Part shown: piece by piece, positions 10,415 through 21,538 of the stretch
Numbering within the stretch: the stretch's first letter is position 1
Layout: each line of letters starts with the position of its first letter
Assembly (NCBI GenBank): GCA_964423545.1
Contig: CAYRFV010000001.1
Span: forward strand, 4,090-68,089
Length of the DNA: 64,000 nucleotides
From: an uncultured Anaerolineales bacterium
Lineage (GTDB): Bacteria; Chloroflexota; Anaerolineae; CG2-30-64-16
Direction: 5' to 3'
The notes under the pieces: model-generated
Database searches by the model: none
The model's input: only the letters and a program-made list of their open reading frames with translations
Told to the model about the DNA's origin: nothing
Made by a program: the position numbers and the translations under genes

Positions 10415-11160
10415 TGCTCTCCGCGCCTCCGTGGCTGTCTCGCCTCCGTACGGCCATGAGCCGGCCGCTGCCGGGACTGCCGGTGCAACTGCGCATGTCA
10501 CCGCAACCGCGGCCTGGCAGCGACCGCATCCTCGATCCGAACCTGGAGTGCCGACGAGCGGGCGTGCTTGTGCTGATCTATCCGCACCGCGATGAGCCGT
10601 GGCTGGTGCTCACCCGCCGCACCGATGCAGTGGACACCCATCGCGGACAGATTTCGTTTCCCGGCGGCAGTCTCGATCCGGGCGAGGATGCGATCGCCGC
10701 GGCGCTACGCGAGGGGTGGGAAGAGCTCGCGATCGACCCGGCGCCGTTGGAGGTGATCGGCGCGCTGTCGCCGCTCTACATTCCGCCGAGCGGTTTCTGC
10801 ATCTATCCAACCGTGACAGCTGCGGCGGTGCGGCCCCACTTCGTGCCGAACCTGCACGAGGTCGCTGAGATCATCGAGACGCCGCTGGCGCACCTGTTGG
10901 CGCCGGAGACGCGACAAGAGGAAGTGTGGGAGATTCGCGGTGCGCCTGTGCGCGTGCCGTTCTATGCGGTGGGTCATCACAAGGTTTGGGGCGCCACGGC
11001 AATGGTGTTGTGCGAGTTGCTGGCGCTGCTGGAGACAACGGAGGCGGAGCGCAGCACGAACGCTGACAGAGCGGCGCACGGGAGCGCGGCGCACGGGAGC
11101 GCGGCGCACGGGGGCGCGGCGGCGCGCGCGATCGCGGCGGCGCATGACCCGAGGGTGTGA
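10414..11160 (+). CDS. NUDIX hydrolase, CoA pyrophosphatase-like
   Basis: Nudix box GGSLDPGEDAIAAALREGWEELAI is preceded by LVLTRRTDAVDTHRGQISFPGG, the NuCoA-type motif. GTG 10414 overlaps the lyase stop; an alternative start is ATG 10456. Confidence 0.75.
11071..11115 (+). repeat. 3 x 15-bp tandem repeat (GCGGCGCACGGGAGC) encoding (AAHGS)n in the NUDIX C-terminal tail
   Basis: Units at 11071-11085, 11086-11100 and 11101-11115. The third unit has one substitution. Confidence 0.9.
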
Positions 11161-11182
11161 GACGGATTCAGGAGCTACGGGC

Positions 11183-12151
11183 ATGAAAGCAGTCACTTAT
11201 TCGGAATACGGCGGGCCGGAGGTGCTGAGATTCGAGGAGCGCCCGACGCCGGCCCCTGGCGCCGGCCAGGCGCTGGTCAGGGTGGTCGCAGCGGGCGTGA
11301 ACTTCATCGATATCTATCAGCGCGAGGGGTGGTACAAAGTCAACCTGCCCGCGATTCCGGGCGGCGAGGGCGCAGGTGTCGTTGAGGCGGTCGGGCCGGG
11401 CGTGACGGAGGCGAAGCCGGGCGATCGCGTGACATGGCTGGGCGGCCTTGGCTGCTATGCCACCCACTGTCTAGTGCCAGGCGATCGGTTGGCGCCGCTC
11501 GCTGCCGCACTGAGCTTCGAGCAAGGCGCGGCTGCCATCCTCCAGGGCATGACGGCGCACGTCCTGGCGACTCGCACCTACCCGCTCAAGCCGGGGGATT
11601 GGGCGCTGGTGCACGCGGCGGCCGGCGGCGTCGGCCTGCTGCTGACGCAGTTCGCCAAGATGCAGGGCGCGCATGTGATCGGCACGGTTTCGACTGAAGA
11701 GAAGGCGAAGCTGGCGCGCGAGGCGGGGGCCGACGAGATCGTCATCTACACGCAGCACGATTTTCTGACGGTGGTCAAGCGCGTCACCGGCGGCAAAGGC
11801 GTTCAGGTGGCCTATGACTCGGTGGGCAAGGACACGTTCGACAGAAGCCTGGACAGCCTGGCGCCGCTGGGGTGCATGGTGTCATACGGCCAATCGAGCG
11901 GTTTCCCGCCCCTGTTCGACATCCAACGCCTGGCAGGCCTGCGTTCGCTCTTCCTGACTCGGCCGTCCCTCTTCGCCTACATCCAGAACCGCGAGGATTA
12001 TCTGCGGCACGCCGGCGCCGTGCTCGGCATGGTAGCCTCGGGCCAGCTCAAGGTGCGCGTCGGCGCGACCTATCCGCTGGCGCAGGCGGCCCAGGCGCAC
12101 ATCGCGCTTGCCGGCCGGCAGACGACCGGCAAGGTGCTGTTGATTCCGTAG
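11183..12151 (+). CDS. qor: NADPH:quinone oxidoreductase (zinc-type ADH/MDR superfamily)
   Basis: ATG 11183 (MKAVTYSEYGGPEVLRFEERPTP). Contains an AAGGVG nucleotide-binding motif. 322 aa. The longer ORF from 10940 overlaps the NUDIX gene and is arginine-rich shadow sequence. Confidence 0.8.
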   Translation: MKAVTYSEYGGPEVLRFEERPTPAPGAGQALVRVVAAGVNFIDIYQREGWYKVNLPAIPGGEGAGVVEAVGPGVTEAKPGDRVTWLGGLGCYATHCLVPGDRLAPLAAALSFEQGAAAILQGMTAHVLATRTYPLKPGDWALVHAAAGGVGLLLTQFAKMQGAHVIGTVSTEEKAKLAREAGADEIVIYTQHDFLTVVKRVTGGKGVQVAYDSVGKDTFDRSLDSLAPLGCMVSYGQSSGFPPLFDIQRLAGLRSLFLTRPSLFAYIQNREDYLRHAGAVLGMVASGQLKVRVGATYPLAQAAQAHIALAGRQTTGKVLLIP

Positions 12152-12233
12152 GTGGGCCGTGCAGATACGCCGAGCGCAAATGGGCAGGTGAACAGCGTGC
12201 CTCTTACAACGTGAGTTCTTGGAAGATCGTCAC

Positions 12234-12542
12234 ATGGAACCATACAAGCCAGTCATGCGCTTTGGAGACGATGTAGCGGAGAACTATGACGAGCTCGCCC
12301 GGCGTGAGGATGAGGTGGAGACGGTCGCTTTCATGGCGCAGTTGGCACGAGGTGGCCCAGCGCTCGAGCTTGCGATCGGCACAGGAAGGATTGCGTTGCC
12401 CTTAGCGGCGCTATGCATGGCCTTCTGAACGCGATCTGATGGCGCGCATCGCGGGCTTGCGTCTCAGGGAGCGTTGGGCCAGTTGGAGCCGAGAACCGCT
12501 CACATCCGCCAGTAGGAATTGCATATCCGTCTGTGGCGGTTG
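12234..12542 (+). pseudogene. class I SAM-dependent methyltransferase remnant with internal deletion
   Basis: The N-terminal ~65 aa (MEPYKPVMRFGDDVAENYDELA...ALELAIGTGRIALPLAA, motif I) stop at 12426. A different frame then reads a typical MTase C-terminus (ERDLMARIAGLRLRERWASWSREPLTSAS...) ending at TGA 12540-12542. The middle of the fold is missing. Confidence 0.6.
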
Positions 12543-12633
12543 AGTAGAACCCCCTCGTCCGCAGCTCATTCGTCCAGGTAGGCACGAGTGTGGGCGATGG
12601 GGTAGTAGAACCCCCTCGTCCGCAGCTCATTCG
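12543..12633. repeat. CRISPR-like mini-array: two identical 30-bp direct repeats with a 31-bp unique spacer
   Basis: AGTAGAACCCCCTCGTCCGCAGCTCATTCG occurs at 12543-12572 and 12604-12633 (61-bp period). The spacer is TCCAGGTAGGCACGAGTGTGGGCGATGGGGT. Flanks are unrelated to each other. No cas genes are present in the window. Confidence 0.55.
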
Positions 12634-12695
12634 CATGGCTCCCCACCAAGGCATTGGCCCGGCAGCCGGTGAACGTCGGCGTTCGCGAATCTCAC

Positions 12696-12727
12696 GAGGC
12701 CCGACCGATGGATACCGATCGGGCCTC
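12696..12727 (-). terminator. stem-loop downstream of the ABC ATPase gene
   Basis: GAGGCCCGA (12696-12704) pairs with TCGGGCCTC (12719-12727) over a 14-nt loop. It lies ~30 nt after the minus-strand stop at 12759. There is no clear U-tract. Confidence 0.45.
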
Positions 12728-12758
12728 ACAGGGCAGACTGGCGGTGTTTTCTTCCGAC

Positions 12759-14330
<1,572 letters not shown>

Positions 14331-14364
14331 GGCTGGCCTCGGATGCGAAACTGGCAACTCGATA

Positions 14365-14451
14365 CTGGAAGCTGAAATCGGAAACCCCGAATGCTGGAGC
14401 CAACGGGCACGCCCGCCGGCTGCGGTCCCCGATCGGCCTTCAGCTTCCAGT
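14365..14451 (-). terminator. long intercistronic stem-loop between the SBP and ATPase genes
   Basis: 13-bp outer stem ACTGGAAGCTGAA (14365-14377) / TTCAGCTTCCAGT (14439-14451), with inner ATCGG (14378-14382) / CCGAT (14429-14433) pairing. Confidence 0.5.
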
Positions 14452-14463
14452 ATCCAACTCGCG

Positions 14464-15465
14464 CTACGGATTGACCTTGATCGTCCCCTTCTTGATGCCG
14501 TCGATTGCGGCATCGGCAGCCTTCTTGACGTTGTCGGGCAGCTTATACTCCGGGTTGGCAGCCACCTTGAGGCCGTCGTTGTTCAAGTGCAGCACATACG
14601 ACTGCCCGCCCGGCTTGCCGGCCTTGCGGTCGTTGATCGCCTGCTTCAGCAGCGGCGCCCAGTCGTATGCGACGCTCGACACCACGTTCTTGGGCGCCAG
14701 CGATGCCTGATCGGCCTGCAAGCCAAACCAGAGTACGCTCCCCTTTTCCTTGGCGGCGTTGATCGACCCGACCGAAGATTGCGATGAGCCGGTCAGCACA
14801 TCCGCGCCCGCGGCGATATGAGTCTTCGCCGCTTCCGACATCAATGCCACATCCGAGAAGGAGCCGGTCCATGTCTTGTTGACCTTGACCGACGGGTCGG
14901 TCGCGGCCACGCCCTGCAGGAAGCCGTTGACGTAGGCCTTGGCATCGCCCACTTCCACCGGGCCGGTGATGCCGATCAGCTTGTTCTTGGAGAGCAGCGC
15001 CGCCATGACACCCTGGACGTATCCCCCTTCCTCCGCCGCCGGTGTGTACGCATAGACATTCGGCAAATCGAAGGTCTTGGTGTCGGTGCCCCACATGAAC
15101 GTCACCTTGGGGAAGTCCTTGGCGACCTCGGCCGCCGGCGCGATGAACTGCGAACCATGGGCGATCACGATATCGAAGCCCTGGGTGGCATAGTCGCGCA
15201 AGGCCGCCGCGGCGTCGGGCACCTTGGTCATGTTCTCTGTGTACTTGATCTCCATGGCCGAGGGGCCGCCCAGATCCTTCTGTACGGTCTGAAGCGCCTG
15301 CCACATCGACTGGCTGAACGCTTGATCCGTGATTGCGCTAGGCATCACCACGGCGACGCGAAGCGGCTTGCCGGAGGCGCCGCCCGTCGATCCGGGCGGT
15401 GCAGCACATCCCGCGGTCAAGACCGCGAGCGCCAACAGAACTGCCAACAGATACCTGACCTTCAT
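14464..15465 (-). CDS. BMP-family (PnrA/Med-like) ABC transporter substrate-binding lipoprotein
   Basis: ATG 15465 has GGGAGGA upstream. MKVRYLLAVLLALAVLTAGC is a lipobox signal peptide. VAVVMPSAITDQAFSQSMWQAL is typical of BMP proteins. Confidence 0.85.
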   Translation of the reverse strand: MKVRYLLAVLLALAVLTAGCAAPPGSTGGASGKPLRVAVVMPSAITDQAFSQSMWQALQTVQKDLGGPSAMEIKYTENMTKVPDAAAALRDYATQGFDIVIAHGSQFIAPAAEVAKDFPKVTFMWGTDTKTFDLPNVYAYTPAAEEGGYVQGVMAALLSKNKLIGITGPVEVGDAKAYVNGFLQGVAATDPSVKVNKTWTGSFSDVALMSEAAKTHIAAGADVLTGSSQSSVGSINAAKEKGSVLWFGLQADQASLAPKNVVSSVAYDWAPLLKQAINDRKAGKPGGQSYVLHLNNDGLKVAANPEYKLPDNVKKAADAAIDGIKKGTIKVNP

Positions 15466-15554
15466 GTCTTTCCTCCCGAGTGAGATTGCCCGAATGCGAG
15501 TCTCTGATTCGCTGACTGCCACGTGCCCGTTGCCGGTTGTCACCCTCAGCGCTC

Positions 15555-16487
15555 TCAGCTTTCCCCCCGTTCGAACGGCTTGTTCAGCGCCGCAGGCGGG
15601 CGCACGCGACCGGCCGAAACAGCCAGGACGATGATCGTTAAGAGGTACGGCAGCATTACCGCCACATCGGAGGGGATCCTGACCCCTAGCACCTGCATCC
15701 ACAATTGCAGTGCGTTCACCGTGCTGAACAACAGAGCGCCGGCCAGGATGCCCAGCGGGCGCCAACCGCCGAAGTAGACCAGCGCCACGGCGATGAAGCC
15801 CATGCCCGCGGTCAGGTTCTCCTGGAAAAGGTTAACGGTGGCGAGCGACAGCGACGCGCCTGCGATGCCAGCCAGGATCGAGCCCGCGCACACGCTCATG
15901 TAGCGCACGCGATCCACGCTGACGCCAAGCGAATCGGCTGCCGCCGGATTCTGCCCGACCGCCTTGATCCGCAGCCCCCACGTTGTCTTGTCGAGAATCC
16001 ACCAGGCTAAGGGCACCAACAGAAATGCGCCATAGACCGGCACGCTCTGCTGGAAGAATACCGGGCCGAGGATCGGCAGGTCGCCAAGGAGCGGAATCTT
16101 GACCGGCTGGAAGCCCACGATGGTCTTGACGGTTCCCATCGTCATCTTGAAGAGGAGTGATGAAAGGCCCAGGCCGAACATATACAGACCGATCCCGCTG
16201 ATGCCCTGCTCCGCTCGCAACGTCACGCTGATCACCGACATCAACAGCCCCATCAGCAGCCCGACGACCGCCGCAGCCAGCATCCCCAGCCACAGGCTGC
16301 CGGTAAAGAGCGCCACCAGCAAAGCGATGTAGGCGCCCACGAGCATGATCCCATCGACGCCGAGGTTCACAACGCCTGAAAGCTGGCCGAACGACTCGCC
16401 GATCGAAGCGTACAGGTATGGCGTCGCCAACCGAATGGCCGAGGTCAGGATGCCGATGAGCGCAGCCAGCGAGAGGATGCTGTCCAT
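15555..16487 (-). CDS. ABC transporter permease (BMP-system, YufQ-like)
   Basis: 310-aa polytopic membrane ORF adjacent to the BMP SBP and a paralogous permease. Confidence 0.85.
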   Translation of the reverse strand: MDSILSLAALIGILTSAIRLATPYLYASIGESFGQLSGVVNLGVDGIMLVGAYIALLVALFTGSLWLGMLAAAVVGLLMGLLMSVISVTLRAEQGISGIGLYMFGLGLSSLLFKMTMGTVKTIVGFQPVKIPLLGDLPILGPVFFQQSVPVYGAFLLVPLAWWILDKTTWGLRIKAVGQNPAAADSLGVSVDRVRYMSVCAGSILAGIAGASLSLATVNLFQENLTAGMGFIAVALVYFGGWRPLGILAGALLFSTVNALQLWMQVLGVRIPSDVAVMLPYLLTIIVLAVSAGRVRPPAALNKPFERGES

Positions 16488-16491
16488 GGGC

Positions 16492-17619
16492 TCACCTCCC
16501 GCCCTTCGCGGCAGCCGCGATCATGCGCTTCGCCGACCACCGCTGCGCCCAGTAAGCCGACCCCGATACGAACAGCACGATCAAGCCCAGGATCACATCG
16601 ATGAGTGAAGACGGCACCTGCGTCGCGCGCTGCATCTTGTCCGCGCCGACGAGCAGGCTGCCAAACAGGTAGGACGCCGGGATCAACCCCAGCGGGTGCA
16701 GGCCGCCGAAGAGCGCCGCCACGATGCCGGTGAAGCCATAGCCGCTCGTGATATTCTCAAGAATGCGGTGATGCACGCCCATGATCTCGACCGCACCCGC
16801 CAGACCCGCGAAGCCGCCCGCAAGCGTCAGCGACAGCGCCTGGTGAAACGACACCGAGATGCCAGCGTAGCGCGAGGCGTCCGGATTCAGGCCGACCGCC
16901 CGAATGCGATAGCCGATGGTCGTGCGCCACAGAAAGATGTAGACGGCGACGGCCAGCAGCACGGCCAGGATCACGCCGGTGTGCAGCAGCGTCTGCGGGA
17001 CCAACCTCAGAAGCCAGGCTTGCTCAGGCAGGCGCTCGGACTGCGCCAGGTAGGTGCCCGATTTGACGCCTTCGGGGTCCATCAGCGGCCCACGGATCAG
17101 GAAGTTCATGAATTGCAGGGCGATAGCGTTGAGCATGACCGTGCTGAGGATCTCGTTCACTCTCAGCCGCGCCTTGAGAATGCCCGGGATGAAGCCCCAG
17201 AAAGAACCGCCGACGAAGCCAATCAGCAGCATCAGAGGGATCAACAGCCAGCCAGGCAGACCGCGTAACGTCAGGCCAAACCAGGTGGCTGCCAGCGCGC
17301 CGAGAATGATTTGCCCTTCGGCGCCGATGTTGATGACGCTGGCGCGAAACGCGATACAGATGCCGAGTCCCACCAACAGCAACGGCGTGGCTTTCACGAG
17401 CGATTGCGTGATGCCCGACACGCTGCCGAACGCCCCCGCGAACATCGTGTAATACGCCTCGAGGGGGTTGACTCCGAGGATAACGAGGATAGCTGCACCG
17501 ACGAGCAGAGCCGCAAGCAGAGCCAGCAACGGCAATCCGACCTTGATCCCAACTTCACCCCAGTCAATGGATGCCCTGCGGGAGGGGGCGGCAGCGCTGG
17601 CAGGCGTTGTTGGCGTCAT
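16492..17619 (-). CDS. ABC transporter permease (BMP-system, YufP-like)
   Basis: 375-aa polytopic membrane ORF. It lies 4 nt upstream of the second permease. Confidence 0.85.
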   Translation of the reverse strand: MTPTTPASAAAPSRRASIDWGEVGIKVGLPLLALLAALLVGAAILVILGVNPLEAYYTMFAGAFGSVSGITQSLVKATPLLLVGLGICIAFRASVINIGAEGQIILGALAATWFGLTLRGLPGWLLIPLMLLIGFVGGSFWGFIPGILKARLRVNEILSTVMLNAIALQFMNFLIRGPLMDPEGVKSGTYLAQSERLPEQAWLLRLVPQTLLHTGVILAVLLAVAVYIFLWRTTIGYRIRAVGLNPDASRYAGISVSFHQALSLTLAGGFAGLAGAVEIMGVHHRILENITSGYGFTGIVAALFGGLHPLGLIPASYLFGSLLVGADKMQRATQVPSSLIDVILGLIVLFVSGSAYWAQRWSAKRMIAAAAKGGR

Positions 17620-17649
17620 GAATGCTCCTCCTGATTCGCAGATGGGATG

Positions 17650-19989
17650 CTAACCGGGGCCTGCGCCTCCGAGCGCAGCAAGCAATCGCTCCGGGGTGAT
17701 CGGCAGTTCCTTCATGCGCACCCCAGTGGCATCGAAGATCGCGTTGGCGATCGCCGCCGCCGTCGGGCACGTGCCATCTTCCGCCACACCCTTCGCGCCG
17801 AAGGGCCCCAATTCATCTGCCGACTCCAATAGCTCCACCTGAATCTCGGGCATATCCAGAGCGGTGAGCATCTTGTAGTCGACGAAATTGGCATTGCGCG
17901 TACGGCCGGTCTCATCATCCACCAACAGGTCCTCCAGCAAGGCATAACCGATCCCTTGCTGCAGTGCGCCTTCGACCTGGCCCTCGGCTGTCGCCGGGTT
18001 GATCGCCTTTCCGATGTCGTGGACAGCAACCATCTTCGTGACCCGAACCTGTCCGGTTTCGACGTCCACGGCGACCTCGGCAAACTGCGCGGCAAATGAA
18101 TAGTCATTGCGCGGCGCAAAGGTCGCCCTGCCAATGACGGTGCGCGGCGCCCGTCCGCCCGGCGAAGCCATCAGCGCCTTGAGCGTGCACGCCTTCTGGG
18201 GATCACCCTTGCTGCGGATCACACCGGCCTCGATCTCAAGATCAGAAGCCGGCGCCTGCAAGTCATCGGCTGCGAGAACCAGCAACTGCTCCCTGGCCTG
18301 CGCCGCCGCGCGCTGCGTTGCGCCGCCTGCGATGAAGGTCGTGCGACTGGCATAGGCGCCGATGTCGTAAGGCGTCACATCGGTGTCACCCGAGACAACC
18401 CGGATATCCTCGAAGCGAACGCCCAACTCCTCGGCGGCAATCTGCGCCAGGACCGTCTTCGCACCTGTGCCCAGATCGGCGGAGCCCACCAGCAGCTGGG
18501 CGGTCCCGTCTTCGTTAATGCTGATGACTGCGCCGGCCGCCTCCTTCACCGCCGGATAGGACGTGGCCGAATGAAGCTGACAAGCAACGCCCACCCCGCG
18601 CCTGATCGGCCCGAAGCTGGCCCGGTCAGCACGCAGCTGGCTCCAGCCGATGCGCGCCGCGCCGCGTTGGAGACACTCCGCCAGCTCACAGCTCGTGAAC
18701 GGGGTGCCGGATGGCCCCCGGTCACCCACCGTGAAGGCATTGCGCAGCCTCAGCTCTATGGGGTCGATGCCTAACGCTGCCGCAATGGCATCCATCTGCG
18801 ATTCCAGCGCGAAGTATGCCTGAGGAGCGCCATACCCCCGAAAGGCGCCGGCAATCGGAGTATTAGTATACACGCAAATACCTTCGATGTGCACATTGGG
18901 GCACTTGTGCAATGATCCGAGCGCGGACGATCCTACACGGGTCACGCCGGGCCCGTGCGAGGCGTACGCGCCGGAGTTGGCGATAAAACGCGCCTGCCGC
19001 GCCGTCAACGTGCCATCGCGCTTGACGCCCTGCTTCAACTCGATGATCACGGGATGCCGCGTCCGTCCCGCAACAAATGTCTCGGCGCGGGTGTATTCCA
19101 TCTTGACGGGACGTCCGGTGCGTTGCGCCAGCAGGGCGCAGAGGTACGCGTATTGGTACAGATCCTGCTTTGCCCCGAAACCGCCGCCCATGTGCTCGCA
19201 AATCACCCGAATATGGCTCATGGGGATGCCAAGCACTTCGCTCAACGAACCGCGCACCATGAAAGGCGCCTGGGTAGAAATCCAGACTGTCAACTTGCCT
19301 GCGGCATCGAACTGACAGATGCACACGTCCGGCTCCATGTATGCGGGCGCGTGACGTGACGTGACGTAGCGGTCCTCGAAGATGAAGTCGGCTTGGCCGA
19401 AACCTGCTTCGATATCGCCGGCAGCGACCAGAAAGGGCGGCATGACCAGGTTACGCTCGGTGCCGTGGATCGATGGCGCGCCCTCTTGCATCGCCTCTTC
19501 TGCATCGAATACGGCGGGCAGTGGCTGATAGTCGACGCGAATCTGGGCCAGCGCCTCCTCGGCGACCTCATCGCTCGTCGCAGCTACGGCTGCAACGCCA
19601 TCCCCCACATGGCGCACCGTGTCCTCGAGGATGTACTGATCCCGCGCACATGAGCCGGCGCGCGGCTGCGGCTGGCCCGCGTGCAGCACCCGAGGCACAT
19701 CCCGGTGGGTCAGCACAGCACGCACGCCCGGCAGCGACAGCGCGCGGCTGGCATCGATATCTAGTACGCGTGCGTGTGGAAGCGGACTGCGCAGGAGCCG
19801 GCCATAGAGCATGTTGGGCAGCCGAATATCGACGGTGAAACGCGCGGCGCCGGTGGCCTTCTCCACCGCATCCACTTTCGGCACGCGACAACCCACCGCC
19901 CGGTGGCCGGCTACACTGCGCTCCACCGTTCCCCCCTCCCGGCTGCAGTGTCCGGTCTCCGGCTGAGCCGCCCCTGAAGCGTCCATCAT
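17650..19989 (-). CDS. molybdopterin-binding large subunit of an XDH/aldehyde-oxidase-family hydroxylase (CoxL-like)
   Basis: Start at ATG 19989 overlaps the small-subunit stop (ATGA). Contains [12 protein letters not shown] and [15 protein letters not shown] motifs of the xanthine dehydrogenase family. ~779 aa. Confidence 0.85.
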   Translation of the reverse strand: MMDASGAAQPETGHCSREGGTVERSVAGHRAVGCRVPKVDAVEKATGAARFTVDIRLPNMLYGRLLRSPLPHARVLDIDASRALSLPGVRAVLTHRDVPRVLHAGQPQPRAGSCARDQYILEDTVRHVGDGVAAVAATSDEVAEEALAQIRVDYQPLPAVFDAEEAMQEGAPSIHGTERNLVMPPFLVAAGDIEAGFGQADFIFEDRYVTSRHAPAYMEPDVCICQFDAAGKLTVWISTQAPFMVRGSLSEVLGIPMSHIRVICEHMGGGFGAKQDLYQYAYLCALLAQRTGRPVKMEYTRAETFVAGRTRHPVIIELKQGVKRDGTLTARQARFIANSGAYASHGPGVTRVGSSALGSLHKCPNVHIEGICVYTNTPIAGAFRGYGAPQAYFALESQMDAIAAALGIDPIELRLRNAFTVGDRGPSGTPFTSCELAECLQRGAARIGWSQLRADRASFGPIRRGVGVACQLHSATSYPAVKEAAGAVISINEDGTAQLLVGSADLGTGAKTVLAQIAAEELGVRFEDIRVVSGDTDVTPYDIGAYASRTTFIAGGATQRAAAQAREQLLVLAADDLQAPASDLEIEAGVIRSKGDPQKACTLKALMASPGGRAPRTVIGRATFAPRNDYSFAAQFAEVAVDVETGQVRVTKMVAVHDIGKAINPATAEGQVEGALQQGIGYALLEDLLVDDETGRTRNANFVDYKMLTALDMPEIQVELLESADELGPFGAKGVAEDGTCPTAAAIANAIFDATGVRMKELPITPERLLAALGGAGPG

Positions 19990-20465
19990 GGCGTCACATC
20001 TCCACTCGCCGCCGCCAGGATTGCATCGACGATCTTGACGTAGCCCGTACAGCGGCAGAGGTTTCCCGCGATGGCTCTGCGCGCCTCTTCCGCCGTCGGA
20101 TGCGGATTCTCCTCGAGCAGCGCTGCCGCAGCCAGGATCATGCCGGGTGTGCAGAAGCCGCACTGGATGGCGCCGCGCTCGACAAAAGCTTGCTGGAGCG
20201 GATGCAGCGGCGCACGGGCGAGATCCGCCAACCCTTCGATTGTGATGACGGCGTGACCGGCCGCCTGCACTGCCAGCATCATGCAGGAGGTAATGGGTTT
20301 GCCGTCGAGCAATACGGTGCACGCGCCGCAGTCGCCGCGATCGCATCCCTTCTTGGCGCCGGTCAGCCCCAGATCGTCTCGCAGCACATCCAACAAGGTT
20401 CGCCACGGCTCAACCGCCAGCTCACGTTGTTCGCCGTTCACGGTTATCTGAATCAGTCGTTTCAT
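19986..20465 (-). CDS. (2Fe-2S)-binding small subunit (CoxS-like)
   Basis: [11 protein letters not shown] and [15 protein letters not shown] cysteine motifs. I prefer the start at ATG 20465 ([11 protein letters not shown]). Confidence 0.85.
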   Translation of the reverse strand: MKRLIQITVNGEQRELAVEPWRTLLDVLRDDLGLTGAKKGCDRGDCGACTVLLDGKPITSCMMLAVQAAGHAVITIEGLADLARAPLHPLQQAFVERGAIQCGFCTPGMILAAAALLEENPHPTAEEARRAIAGNLCRCTGYVKIVDAILAAASGDVTP

Positions 20466-20486
20466 GTGGCGCCCTCTGGATGGCAA

Positions 20487-21380
20487 TCAGCGATCGGAGA
20501 TGTATTTCGATACGGTCTGGGAGGCCGATTCGAAAGCCTGAAGCACCGCCCGGCGGGTCAGCAACGCCACCATCGCGCGCCGGTGCTCCGCCGAACCGCG
20601 CAAGTCACTGATGGGTTGCGCCTCACCTGCGCCGAGCCTGCCCGCCTGCCCGGCCAATGCCGGCGTTACTTCGCGGCCGATCAGCGCTTGTTCAGCCAGG
20701 CGGGCGCGCAGTGGGACCGGCGCCACTGCGCCCAAGACGATCCGGACATCGCAACAGAGCCGGCCGTCCAGTGTGACGGCCACCGCCACGCCGACGACCG
20801 CGAGATCCATCGCATGGCGCGGGCTGTGCTTGATGTACGCTGCGCCCGCGTGCGCGCTCGGCGGCGGCATCACGATTTCGGTCAGGAGCTCATCGCGGGC
20901 GAGGACGGTGCGACCGGGCCCTGTAAAGAAGCTGCCAAGAGGCACAACTCGCTCGCCCGCCGGACCGATCAGCCTCACCTCAGCCTGAAGCGCCATGAGG
21001 ATGGGCGCCGTGTCGGCGGATGGAGCAGCACGGCAGAGATTGCCCGCCACGGTGGCCAGGTTGCGAATCTGCACAGAGGCGAGTGTGGCGGCAGCACCCG
21101 CCAGCGCCGGGTAGCGTGACCGCACGATGGGCGAGGTCTCGACTGAACGGACCGTGGTGAGCGCGCCGATGCGCAGTCCCGCGTGCTCGTCATACCGGAT
21201 GTACGACAGGTCGGGGATGCGCCCCAGGCTGATGATCCACTCCGGACGCTCCCAGCCTTCCTTAAGCGCGGTCAGCACATCGGTCCCGCCGGCAAGGATG
21301 CGCGCCCGATCACCGTGGCGCGCCAGGAGTGCGACGGCCTCACTGATGCTCGATGGCTCGGCGTACTCGAAAGAATGCAT
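20487..21380 (-). CDS. FAD-binding medium subunit (CoxM-like, FAD_binding_5)
   Basis: MHSFEYAEPSSISEAVALL...ILAGGTDVLTALKEG is typical of CoxM/XdhB medium subunits. 297 aa. Confidence 0.85.
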   Translation of the reverse strand: MHSFEYAEPSSISEAVALLARHGDRARILAGGTDVLTALKEGWERPEWIISLGRIPDLSYIRYDEHAGLRIGALTTVRSVETSPIVRSRYPALAGAAATLASVQIRNLATVAGNLCRAAPSADTAPILMALQAEVRLIGPAGERVVPLGSFFTGPGRTVLARDELLTEIVMPPPSAHAGAAYIKHSPRHAMDLAVVGVAVAVTLDGRLCCDVRIVLGAVAPVPLRARLAEQALIGREVTPALAGQAGRLGAGEAQPISDLRGSAEHRRAMVALLTRRAVLQAFESASQTVSKYISDR

Positions 21381-21477
21381 GGCTGTCTTTCCGGACGGTC
21401 GACGGTCATCCCGCCGCCGTCAGCAAGCAACAGATAGCCGAAAGGCTCGGAGGCTGCGCATCGTGCTCCAGCCGCTT

Positions 21478-21515
21478 GCCTGACCGGACCGACCTCTGAC
21501 CGGGTCCGGTCAGGC
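21478..21515 (-). terminator. strong stem-loop between the amidohydrolase and coxM-like genes
   Basis: 13-bp perfect stem GCCTGACCGGACC (21478-21490) / GGTCCGGTCAGGC (21503-21515) with a 12-nt loop. It starts 23 nt after the amidohydrolase stop. There is no U-tract. Confidence 0.5.
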
Positions 21516-21538
21516 AAGTGAAGGCAGACGGGCAAAGG

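Noticed and set aside
10940-11182. Long N-terminal extension of qor (403-aa ORF), and similar 5' extensions of phnD (4526), BMP SBP (15765), MFP (55535) and MFS (42847)
   Set aside because: The extensions overlap upstream genes or are arginine-rich. Internal ATGs with good Shine-Dalgarno sites give proteins that start with the expected family N-terminus or signal peptide.
12491-12520. Possible degenerate third CRISPR-like repeat (GAGAACCGCTCACATCCGCC...) upstream of the two perfect repeats
   Set aside because: The spacing is off (54 rather than 61 bp). The segment also translates as the conserved C-terminus of the methyltransferase remnant (...WSREPLTSAS...), so the resemblance is probably coincidental. 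A weak match near 12665-12694 is likewise unconvincing.
17650-20406. 918-aa ORF suggesting a much longer Mo-hydroxylase large subunit
   Set aside because: The first ~139 codons overlap the CoxS-like gene in another frame and are arginine- and alanine-rich shadow sequence. The family-like sequence starts at the ATG-ATG at 19989/19986, which overlaps the small-subunit stop.
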